This document shows positions 52,301-64,000 of a DNA stretch of 64,000 bases, piece by piece. The notes under the pieces were generated by a model that searched no databases, was not told the origin of the DNA, and was given only the letters and a program-made list of their open reading frames with translations. This stretch comes from Eledone cirrhosa (Eukaryota): NCBI GenBank assembly GCA_964016885.1, contig OZ024742.1:203670001-203734000 (forward strand), read 5' to 3'. Each line of letters begins with the position of its first letter. Position 1 is the first letter of the stretch. Position numbers and translations under genes: made by a program.

Positions 52301-54589
52301 TGGTGTATGGTGTATATGTAATATAGTGTGAAGGTTTGTGTGGGTGTTGTGGTGTATGGTGTATATGTAATATAGTGTGAAGGTGTGTGTGGGTGTTGTG
52401 GTGTATGGTGTATATGTAATATAGTGTAAAGGTTTGTGTGGGTGTTGTGGTGTATCGTGTATATGTAATATAGTGTAAAGGTTTGTGTGGGTGTTGTGGT
52501 GTATGGTGTATATGTAATATAGTGTAAAGGTTTGTGTGGGTGTTGTGGTGTATGGTGTATATGTAATATAGTGTAAAGATTTGTGTGGGTGTTGTGGTGT
52601 ATGGTGTATATGTAATATAGTGTGAAGGTGTGTGTGGGTGTTGTGGTGTATGGTGTATATGTAATATAGTGTAAAGGTTTGTGTGGGTGTTGTGGTGTAT
52701 CGTGTATATGTAATATAGTGTAAAGGTTTGTGTGGGTGTTGTGGTGTATGGTGTATATGTAATTATAGTGTAAAGGTTTGTGTGGGTGTTGTGGTGTATG
52801 GTGTATATGTAATATAGTGTAAAGGTTTGTGTGGATGTTGTGGTGTATGGTGTATATGTAATATAGTGTGAAGGTGTGTGTGGGTGTTGTGGTGTATGGT
52901 GTATATGTAATATAGTGTAAAGGTTTGTGTAGGTGTTGTGGTGTATCGTGTATATGTAATATAGTGTAAAGGTTTGTGTGGGTGTTGTGGTGTATGGTGT
53001 ATATGTAATATAGTGTAAAGGTTTGTGTGGGTGTTGTGGTGTATGGTGTATATGTAATATAGTGTGAAGGTGTGTGTGGGTGTTGTGGTGTATGGTGTAT
53101 ATGTAATATAGTGTAAAGGTGTGTGTGGGTGTTGTGGTGTATGGTGTATATGTAATATAGTGTAAAGGTTTGTGTGGGTGTTGTGGTGTATCGTGTATAT
53201 GTAATATAGTGAAAAGGTTCGTGTGGATGTTGTGGTGTATGGTGTATATGTAATATAGTGTAAAGGTGTGTGTGTGTGTTGTGGTGTATGGTGTATATGT
53301 AATATAGTGTGAAGGTTTGTGCGGGTGTTGTGGTGTATGGTGTATATGTAATATAGTGTGAAGGTGTGTGTGGGTGTTGTGGTGTATGGTGTATATGTAA
53401 TATAGTGTAAAGGTTTGTGTAGGTGTTGTGGTGTATGGTGTATATGTAATATAGTGTGAAGTTTTGTGTGGGTGTTGTGGTGTATCGTGTATATGTAATA
53501 TAGTGTAAAGGTTTGTGTGGGTGTTGTGGTGTATGGTGTATATGTAATATAGTGTAAAGGTTTGTGTGGGTGTTGTGGTGTATGGTGTATATGTAATATA
53601 GTGTGAAGGTGTGTGTGGGTGTTGTGGTGTATGGTGTATATGTAATATAGTGTAAAGGTTTGTGTAGGTGTTGTGGTGTATGGTGTATATGTAATATAGT
53701 GTGAAGTTTTGTGTGGGTGTTGTGGTGTATCGTGTATATGTAATATTGTGTAAAGGTTTGTGTGGGTGTTGTGGTGTATGGTGTATATGTAATATAGTGT
53801 AAAGGTTTGTGTGGGTGTTGTGGTGTATGGTGTATATGTAATATAGTGTGAAGGTGTGTGTGGGTGTTGTGGTGTATGGTTTATATGTAATATAGTGTAA
53901 AGGTTCGTGTGGGTGTTGTGGTGTATGGTGTATATGTAATATAGTGTGAAGTTTTGTGTGGGTGTTGTGGTGTATCGTGTATATGTAATATAGTGTAAAG
54001 GTTTGTGTGGGTGTTGTGGTGTATGGTGTATATGTAATATAGTGTAAAGGTTTGTGTGGGTGTTGTGGTGTATGGTGTATATGTAATATAGTGTGAAGGT
54101 GTGTGTGGGTGTTGTGGTGTATGGTGTATATGTAATATAGTGTAAAGGTTTGTGTAGGTGTTGTGGTGTATGGTGTATATGTAATATAGTGTGAAGTTTT
54201 GTGTGGGTGTTGTGGTGTATCGTGTATATGTAATATAGTGTAAAGGTTTGTGTGGGTGTTGTGGTGTATGGTGTATATGTAATATAGTGTGAAGGTGTGT
54301 GTGGGTGTTGTGGTGTATGGTTTATATGTAATATAGTGTAAAGGTTCGCGTGGGTGTTGTGGTGTATGGTGTATATGTAATATAGTGCAAAGGTTCGTGT
54401 GGGTGTTGTGGTGTATCGTGTATATGTAATATAGTGTAAAGGTTCGTGTGGATGTTGTGGTGTATGGTGTATATGTAATATAGTGTAAAGGTGTGTGTGT
54501 GTGTTGTGGTGTATGGTGTATATGTAATATAGTGTAAAGGTTTGTGTGGGTGTTGTGGTGTATGGTGTATATGTAATATAGTGTGAAGG
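46308..54589. repeat. 49-bp satellite array (~169 units)
   Basis: Unit gtgtaaaggtttgtgtgggtgttgtggtgtatggtgtatatgtaatata. Highly homogeneous, with almost no C on the plus strand. Confidence 0.97.
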
Positions 54590-54639
54590 CAGTTTAAATA
54601 TAACCTGTATAATGCTTTCTTAAATAGGCACAAGAACAT

Positions 54640-54830
54640 CAATTTTGGGGGCGGGGAAAGTCGATTAAATCGACCCCAGGACGTGACTGCTACTTTATTT
54701 TATCGACCCCGTAAGGATGAAAGGCAAAGTTAACCTCGGCGGGATTTGAACTCAGATCATGAAGAGCCGTAACTCTATGCCGCAAAGTATGGCGTCCAAC
54801 CCTCTACCGATACTGCCAAAACACCGCCCT
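54640..54830 (-). mobile_element. tRNA-derived SINE (second family)
   Basis: Minus strand: ggcggt..TGGCAGTATCGG, GAGTTCAAATCCC, gcctttcatcct..ggggtcgataaaataaagta (resembles a Nin/Deu-type domain). Confidence 0.75.
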
Positions 54831-56089
54831 TATATCCCCTCTAATACAACTGGTATCACTCTACAATCCAAAAGCTTACATCATTTGTGTGCGTGAGGGT
54901 CCTCTATCTAATATACACATGAGCTAATGAGGGAGACGTTATGTAGGTACACAACTTGCTATAAATAGGTATATCTCCCTTAAATATTACATTACTTGTG
55001 TGAGTCGATGAACTGACGAGGGTATTCAATCTGCTAGAAATAACACCTGAGTCTTCCTCAAATCACAACTTAGCGTCTCAAAAAAGGACATATTCGTTGG
55101 CATCAACCCCTCCACCATCAATACAGCCACGATCAACACCGCCACCATCACAGCCACGATCACCATCAACACGATGTTCCTACCACCATCACTATCACAA
55201 CAACAATTACCCCTACCTCCACCACTACCACACCCACCACTATATAGGTGTGCTATGTTGTAGGGTTTGAGGAGCTGTTGTGTGTGTGTGGGGGGGGGGG
55301 GCAGGAAGGAGGAGGCCGGCTGGTTATGTAATTAACAGAAGATAATTGGACAACATTCATATCATCGTCATCATCATCATCATCATCGTCGTCGCCACAA
55401 CCAGCATCACCATTCACATCATCATCATCATCCTCATCATCATCACCGCATCCATCATCCTCGTTGCCACCAAGATCAGGAACATCGGTTTTTACAGGGC
55501 GAGCGTAATATAGAATAAAAAATATTAGTTTTAATGTGCACAATTAGCTGTCGTGTGTGACCCTCAGACAACACATATGTGACCCATGTGGCCCTCGGGG
55601 GACCCTCAGTTTGACATGCCTGTTCTACAGCCTTTGGTTGACAAAATAGCTTACGAGAAATTTGATAGTCGGTAACTGTGCGAAAGTCCATTTATTTATG
55701 CAACTGTATTCGTACTACACTTCGCATTAGTTTGCCCAAAGTTTAATTCCTGATCCTATAGCATCTTGGATGGTTCAATTCCTTCTCTTTACTGATTATT
55801 GGACCATATTCAACTTGAAAATTGATGGCATAACTTTGCCCACTTCATTATATATATATATATAAGGAAAAAATTAACTTCGTTTACATGTAGTTGGTTT
55901 TTTGGGTTTTTTATTGTATATCGGCCTGTTACGCACGTTTTGCAGAGGATTGGTTGCGAAACTCAAAACTCATCGTTTTTCTTAATATATACACTCTGCC
56001 TGTACATCGAGTGGTCGTTTTGGTACCACCACCAGTAATTCACTGAATCATATACACACACATGTACATACATACGTATATATATATGT

Positions 56090-56128
<39 letters not shown>

Positions 56129-56393
56129 AGAAAGAGGGTCAAGAACCGAATGTGCCAGAGAATCGGCAATGTAAGTATGTGTTTGTGTGTTACTACTGCC
56201 CTCTCAAGATAACCAAATAAAAGTCAGAATACAAGGGAGGTAATTTCCAAGGGAAAGAACTTTACACTACTAGAATCGAGTATTTTCCCTTGACGTCGTG
56301 AAATATCATAAAGCAAACAATTCACAAATAATTGAATTTCAACACTTAACGCCTCCATCGACACCCACATCCACTGTTTAATCGCACAAACAT

Positions 56394-56593
56394 TATGGTA
56401 ATTTTGGCGTTCAATGGAAGATTCTAGAGTGTTTAGCTAAATTTGATATTCCTATAAACAGTATGGTAATTTTGGAGTTCAATGGAAGATTCTAGAGTGT
56501 TTAGCTAAATTTGATAATACTATAAACAGTATGGTAATTTGGGAGTTCAGTAGAAGATTCTAGAGTGTTTAGCTAAATTTGATATTCCTATAA
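56394..56593. repeat. 68-bp tandem repeat x3
   Basis: tatggtaattttgg.gttcaatggaagattctagagtgtttagctaaatttgata...ctataaa repeated three times. Confidence 0.9.
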
Positions 56594-57083
56594 AACCTTC
56601 TAAATGCCAATTGAATTATATTAGAAAACTTCTGTGTTGTTAAAATATTGTCGCAAAAGTGTTGATAAATTAATGATGAAATGGGTTAAATTTAATATTC
56701 CCATATGTGAATGGAATTATGATAGATCAATAAAACTGTCTTTAACTGTCGTTTTTAAAATGCCAGTTAAATATTGGAGTAGAGTTAGTATTCTTATAAA
56801 ACACCTTCGATGTGAACAGAGTTATTTCTATCGTTTTGGAGTTGATAAAATAAAGTAGACGAATGATTATACTGTGGCAGGTATACTATTGCTAGATGTG
56901 AATTCAATTATAGTAGAAAGCTAAGGCTAAATTTACCATAGACCATCTGGAACTGATAAAATGCAATACCAGTCATATAATAAGACATCTATTATTACCA
57001 TAAAACAATCTAGATGTGAATGGAATACATCTCTAAAATTGTCACGAAAGCCGAGGGTGTCTTAGCATCACTCAGTAGGACCT

Positions 57084-57330
57084 TTGTCAGCCTCCACCAG
57101 GCATCTACCATACTCTGAACGCCTTGCTTCCCTGGACATGGATACATTAAACTCCGACATTTGGCAATTGACTAACACCCGTGGACATGTCCACAAAATC
57201 AGAAAACAGTACAGCTCCCATGACTTTCGGAAACATTTGTTCATGCTCAGTGTTGCTGTAGCATGGAACAACCTTTCGGGACACTGCATCTTTCAAAACT
57301 TGCATGTTTCCCGAAATTCGCCAACACTAA
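57084..57330 (+). pseudogene. CR1/L2-type LINE ORF2 3' remnant
   Basis: LPYSERLASL, TRGHVHKI, RKHLF..V..WNNL are typical of the CR1-type C-terminus. Confidence 0.7.
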
Positions 57331-58123
57331 ATCATATATTCCTCCTCCATACACACACACGTGTGTGTGGTACATGTGTGTGTGTGTGTGTGTGTTTGTG
57401 GGTGAGTGTGTGTGTCTCCGTCTATGCACCATGACTCATAATGTTCGCTTTCCTGACTTCTGTATTTTATTCTATGTACTATACATGCACCTTTGATGTT
57501 GCAGTGCACCTGAACACTGTACACAATAATTTCCATTATTATCATTATCATAATAGAAGACTAAAACTTGCTATATATTTTATTCTTCCAGGAGGTATAA
57601 AATAAAGTACCAGTGAAATACTGGGGTAGATTTAATATTGCTGTAATATATCCTAAATGTGAATTGAATTAAATAGAATAGTAAGACTCACTTTAATTAT
57701 CATCGTTTTGAAGTTGATAAAATACAGCAGCTGTTATATACGGTGATAAATTAAATATTGCTTTAAAGAATCATAGATGTAGAGTGGACTTTAATAGAAG
57801 GCTTAGCTAAGGCTAAGACTAACTTCACCTTTTATCGTTCTGGGCTTGATAACGTTTAGTACTAGTGAAATTCTGGGGTAGATTTAATATTTCTAGGTAT
57901 GTAATGAATTATAATAGAAATCCAGGATTAACTTTTTACCTTCTTCTGGGGTTGATATAAGTACAAGTAAAATTCTGAGGTAGCTTTAGTATTTATATAA
58001 AACAACTTAGATGTGAAGGGAATTATGACAGAAGACTAAGGATAATTTTACTTTATTCATTCTGCAAGTGAATAAATATAGTCGTGTGTGAGTGTGAGAG
58101 GGAGATAGAGAGATTCAAAAGTA

Positions 58124-58305
58124 TAAGGTCGGCTGAAAAGTCCATTGGATGACCAAGATACTCTCATGGTATGACCAAATGAGGTTTATTTTTCAACATA
58201 GCCTGGAAAGAAACAATTCAGTTATTAATAAGATGATCTGAAGATAATGCATGCAAGATTTCACAGTTTATCATAGTCAGCCTATGATCTTTTCAGCCAT
58301 CCTCG
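58124..58305. mobile_element. Mariner-derived MITE
   Basis: Imperfect TIR aggtcggctgaaaagtccattggatgac / gtcagcctatgatcttttcagccatcct, with TA flanks. Confidence 0.65.
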
Positions 58306-58595
58306 TATCTTTTTAATTTTGAAAATCGCTCGAAAAAACAGTACAAAAAAAAACTGTTAAAGGAGGTTACTCTTTCATTCACTCTTCCTGATTATCTCCC
58401 TTGGCACAATCTATATACAATATTAAGTTCGCTTTTTAAACATACGATTCGAGGTTCGATACCACTGTATCGATACCACCTTGGATGAATATTTCCTATT
58501 GTAGACTCAGGTTGACGTATGTGTGTGTGGGGGGGGGGGTTGCGTGTGTGTGCGTGTGTATGTGTGAGAGAGACAGAGAGATAGTGTATGTGTTT

Positions 58596-59189
58596 AACAC
58601 ACCGAGCATTATAATAAATGTTTGGTGAATCCATACGTACATATATATATGTGTGCATGTATGTATATATATATACATACTACTGTACGTCTGTATGTAC
58701 GTATACATACTTATATTTAAGTAACAGCCGTACTAAGAGTGGGAAATGACATTTCGTTTCATTTTTTCCGTTTATCGTTTTCGGTGCACCCGGCCGATTA
58801 ACCCACTCGATATGCAAATTGGGCTACTCAGTCCTTAATATGCATAAGGTAAGTATATACGTTCAACAATCTGGCAGGAAGGTATACGTTGCTGACGATA
58901 GCTAATAAGCTTGAAACTAGTACAGCGTTCCTTTGTCAGTGTTGAACAAACGAGCAACGATGGTTGCTAGACACTACGGCTTAATATGGGATGTTTGTTT
59001 ACAAACACACTGAGCATTATAATAAATGTTCGGTGAATCCATACGTACATATATATATGTAAGCATGTATGTATATATATATACATACTACTGTACGTCT
59101 GTATACATGTATGTATGTATGTGTACATACTTATATTTAAGTAACAGCCGTACTAAGAGTTGGAAATGAAATTTTGTTTCATTTTTTCC

Positions 59190-59195
<6 letters not shown>
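58596..59195 (+). mobile_element. ORF-less tandem repeat (408-bp period, ~1.5 units) containing an HHR; retrozyme/pLTR-like
   Basis: 58596-58775 recurs at 59004-59195 and ends in (TA)n. Homologous to 34956-35633. Confidence 0.78.
58886..58928 (+). ncRNA. Minimal type I hammerhead ribozyme
   Basis: acgttg-CTGACGA-tagct aata agctt-GAAA-ctag-TA-cagcgt. Confidence 0.85.
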
Positions 59196-59230
<35 letters not shown>

Positions 59231-59452
59231 CTCAAAGATTCCAAGTAATAAATTCGAGCACTATTAACATTAAATTAAAAGTCGAATGACATATATATAT
59301 GAAATAAAAATATAAAACAATTACAGAGGATAATTAAGGTTACATTTACCAAGACATGTATATTCAGCCTTGATAAAATTAATATTAATACTCTACTCCT
59401 GTACTGAATACTCCTTTCTCTCAGCCGTCAACCACATACGGATATATATATA

Positions 59453-60351
<899 letters not shown>

Positions 60352-60646
60352 AATATATCAACTAGCATAAGCGCACAGATGCACGCCTATGCCAGCAAAT
60401 ACACAGGTTATGTTATTTTTTTTTGGGGGGGGGGTAGTAGGCGTCTGTCATCTTACCATCCCATTCCTTCTAACTAGCCTCTGTGTCACGTGATTGATTC
60501 TTTAGAATCGGCCATTTGACTAGAGGCAGTGAGGATTTCAGTGCATGGAATTTAGTCCTCGCTAGCTGTTCCATCTACCGAATTATTATTATTTTTATAT
60601 GAGCCGCCAGTGTCCGCGCATTGCCTGGAGACTTAGCTGAGAATAG

Positions 60647-60728
60647 ACTCCCTGATGACGCAATGAATTCTCGACAGTTAGATTACGTAACTGTCTTTAT
60701 CCCATTGCAGAAACTAATTAGTTGGAGT
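60647..60728 (+). ncRNA. Type I hammerhead ribozyme, copy 1
   Basis: actcc-CTGATGA-cgcaatg..gacagtta/taactgtc..cattgca-GAAA-ctaattag-TT-ggagt. Confidence 0.85.
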
Positions 60729-61201
60729 GAAAATTTAAGTAAGTAAGTAAACATTTTTTTTTTTTAATTTTTTTAAAAGGATTTTCTTATTTTACGTCTT
60801 TTATATTATTGTTCTGCATCCTCCTGCATTGAAACACCTAGGTACTATGACATAACCTGTGTATTTGCTGGCATGGGCGTGCATCTGTGCGCTTATGCTA
60901 GTTGATATATTAAATTATCTATATTTATCTCCAAATCACTGATTTGTCGAGCAAACCTGCCAAAACCACTTCTAAAAAAATTTTTTTTTTGGGGGGGTGT
61001 TAGTAGGCGTCTGTCATCTTACCATCCCATTCCCTCTGTGTCACGTGATTGATTCTTTAGAATCGGCCATTTGACTAGAGGCAGTGAGGATTTCAGTGCA
61101 TGGAATTTAGTCCTCGCTAGCTGTTCCATCTACCGAATTATTATTATTTTTATATGAGCCGCCAGTGTCCGCGCATTGCCTGGAGACTTAGCTGAGAATA
61201 G

Positions 61202-61283
61202 ACTCCCTGATGACGCAATGGATTCTCGACAGTTAGATTACGTAACTGTCTTTATCCCATTGCAGAAACTAATTAGTTGGAGT
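61202..61283 (+). ncRNA. Type I hammerhead ribozyme, copy 2
   Basis: Same sequence and fold as 60647-60728, with one substitution in stem II. Confidence 0.85.
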
Positions 61284-61351
61284 GAAAATTTAAGTAAGTA
61301 AGTAAAAATCTTTTTGAAAAAATTTTTTTAAAAGGATTTTCTTATTTTACG

Positions 61352-61444
<93 letters not shown>

Positions 61445-61599
61445 TATTGTGATCTCCCTAGAGTAACTGGTAATTCCTAATCTATATAGCTTCTATATGG
61501 CTATCCTTGTAGTAAAGCACTCTCGGGCCTTCTTTACATCTCTATCTCGGATCTACCCACTGGTTTGACATTCACCTCTCGCCTAACCCACAGACAACA

Positions 61600-63300
61600 C
61601 CATGCAAAAACAAACTATTACCATCTTCATGAAGAATATCTCCATACCTCGAGAAAAGTCTACTTGCAAGCGATGTTACAGAAAGCTGACACATTCGTGA
61701 AACTCATGCGGTGGCGCGCATACTTCTTCGACAAACTCAACCAGACTCAAGAACGTGACCAACAGGAGATATGCGGTTTTAAAACCTACTATTCGTCACA
61801 ACCCAAGCCTCCGTTATCGTTCTTTGAAGTCGATCTTTTAACATGATTAAAGGAGTCAAATTCAAACGCTACTCTAACAGAATCCAGCAACCCCTATTCC
61901 ATAAGATAAGGGAATACCGAAAACCAACGACATCCTTGTGCTCACCGACTAAACCGGCAACCTATACTTTGTCAAGCAGGGTAGGTACCACACACTGATT
62001 AAATACAGTCTGGCTTCCACTTATAGAAAGTCCAATTGACGTATGATCCACGAAATTAACGACTAAGGATGCACCATCATTTGAAGACCGAACTGAATCT
62101 CTAAAATAGCGGCAAAGGTATTTTACACTTAACGGCCATAAGTCAGACTTTGATAGAAACTCCACTTTCCGGCTCATAAATCCTATGAAGTCCAACATCG
62201 GGAGGATCTGTAAAATAATCTTGGATAGGATCTTACAGAAAGTAAAACAAGTGAGGTTCAGCCTCCGAGGGCTATTATCAAATACTGTTTAAATACATCT
62301 CCCTCCGAATCTCACGCCTATCCGCCTATGTTTGGATTTTTCAGGAATATGCACCACACTACAATGTTGCCCTGCGGAAAAATGGATTCAATGAGGGACC
62401 CACCTACTACACCCATTCCCCACCAACCGAGGACCTGGGAGACCCCACCGCACCCTAAATATTATCTTGTTTAACACTCCTCACAACGCTGAAGTCGCCA
62501 CATGAATCACAAATACCGCATTTCCCGACGTCGAAGACGCTACTTTTTTCCTAAAATAATTCTCAAAATCTACCATGCGTCCTGGAGGCCGAAGGTTGTT
62601 TATTATTTTTTTTCAAATTTTGGGTTGGCAAAATTGGGGTGCGTCCTCGAGGACGAAGCGTCTTCGGCGCCGGAAAATACGGTACCTTCTTTAAACTACT
62701 GAATAAACACTTCTCCTTACACCACCGTAGCCACAAAATCTTCATCAAAAACTCAGTCAAACTCTCGTTAAGCACAACACCTAACTTCGCACAAACATCG
62801 CCTTTTTCAATATAACTAAAATCAACTCTAGCAGAACACCCACACAGACTAAGACGTTATCCCAACCAGGCAATGCAAATACACCGACCCAAATAAATGC
62901 CTTCTCGACACCAAATGCAGAGAAATGAATTTGGTATATAAATGTAACGTAATAACGGAGCAATCCAACAATGCCTATAAAGGCTTCACTGCTTGTGAAT
63001 TTAAAACAAGATTCCACCAACACTAACGCCAACACAGCTTATGAAACCTGGCCCGTAGAAACGCTACCAGACTATCCAGACACATATGGGACCTACGCCA
63101 TAACAATAAGACCTTCAAACTGCAATTAGAGTCTCTTCACAAAAGCCAGACCATACACCGGGAGTCACCTCCCGTGTAACCTCAGTTACGAGGGACGACA
63201 GCTCAACAAAAAGAGCGAACTCATCACTTCCAGCAAACACGGCATTTACAAGACCTACCTCTACCTCAGACCTCTACACGGCCCCAGAAGGTAAGACCAC
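61600..63300 (+). mobile_element. Decayed, internally deleted PLE (Naiad-like)
   Basis: N-terminal FVKLMRWRAYFF and HKSDFDRNSTFRLINPMKSNIGRI; the RT core is absent. GIY-YIG remnants (C..KC..NLVYKC, LNKKSE) lie at ~62870-63250. Interrupted by a MITE. Confidence 0.75.
62516..62682 (+). mobile_element. Tc1/mariner (pogo/Tc2-like) MITE, copy 3
   Basis: Same TIR and body as 40038-40220, with a TA duplication. Nested in the PLE. Confidence 0.9.
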
Positions 63301-64000
63301 TAATTACTATACACCCATTTCCCCTTTACACCCCCACCCCGTTGTACATACACACACATACATACCAACGCATAAATAATAATAAAAAAGAAGACGAGCA
63401 CTCTAAAACAGCTAAAGTTCCTTTGTTGGATCTTTTACTGGCCTACATGTACTGAAAGATCTTGTTGATAGTTGGTAAATCCATGACAATATATTGTATC
63501 TTTAATCTCGTTAGATTTTTAAAGACCTGCTTCAAGACTGATAGTTTCTGCATTGGAACAAATAGTGTTAAAGAGATTCTGGGTAATCTCCACAAGAACA
63601 TACAGGTAATTCTCTACGACCTGTTCTTTATAAAATATAGTCCAACTGCATATGACCCTTTCGAAGCTAGCATAGTCTTTGCTTATTAACATTATTCAGT
63701 ATCTAATACATTTTAAAAGTTGACAGAACTAGTTTAGACAATGGGGCATTGAGACTTGAGAGCTAATCTCTACATTCTTTCTAAATTTTTCCCACATTTG
63801 ACTAATCGTTTTAACTGAATGATGACTTGCGATGGGTTTGAAATATAGTCTGTATCTATTATTTCCCTTTGTGCTTCCTCTTTTACTAATTCACCTGCTT
63901 TCCTATTTCCCCTAATATATATTTAGCCTGGAATCCAAATCATCGTTATTTTCTCATAGATAGTTATCTATTCTTAGAACATACCCAATACCCCTAACCT

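Larger units (their letters stand above)
60345..61360 (+). mobile_element. ORF-less tandem HHR dimer (555-bp period) with inverted 5' piece, in (TA)n
   Basis: ~60416-60806 recurs at ~60981-61360, and 60345-60413 is the reverse complement of 60850-60918. Confidence 0.82.

Noticed and set aside
46308-54589. CRISPR-like array or repeat-protein gene
   Set aside because: The units are contiguous and near-identical with no unique spacers, there are no cas genes, and stops are frequent.

Overview
Eukaryotic, AT-rich window made up almost entirely of repeats, with no recognisable host protein-coding gene. The style of the microsatellites and SINEs suggests a mollusc/cephalopod genome, which is inference only. 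Main contents: (1) a ~20 kb nest (11189-31431) of three full-length, divergent Tx1/L1-clade LINEs on the minus strand and two 5'-truncated R4/Dong-like restriction-like-endonuclease (RLE) elements on the plus strand, all joined through (AAT)n tracts. The three LINEs share an AAG/GTAAGT splice-donor/U1 site overlapping the ORF1 stop, 38-40 nt upstream of the ORF2 ATG. (2) Many Penelope-like element (PLE) fragments (RT, GIY-YIG, inverted pseudo-LTRs) and about 11 distinct hammerhead-ribozyme (HHR) sequence families, mostly inserted as head-to-head pairs in (TA)n. These include two ORF-less tandem HHR repeats (retrozyme-like; units of ~408-470 and 555 nt). (3) An 8.3 kb array of a 49-bp satellite with a 3131-bp internal duplication. 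(4) A deleted mariner, several MITEs, tRNA-derived SINEs and a CR1-type fragment. All structures were read by eye, so boundaries are approximate.
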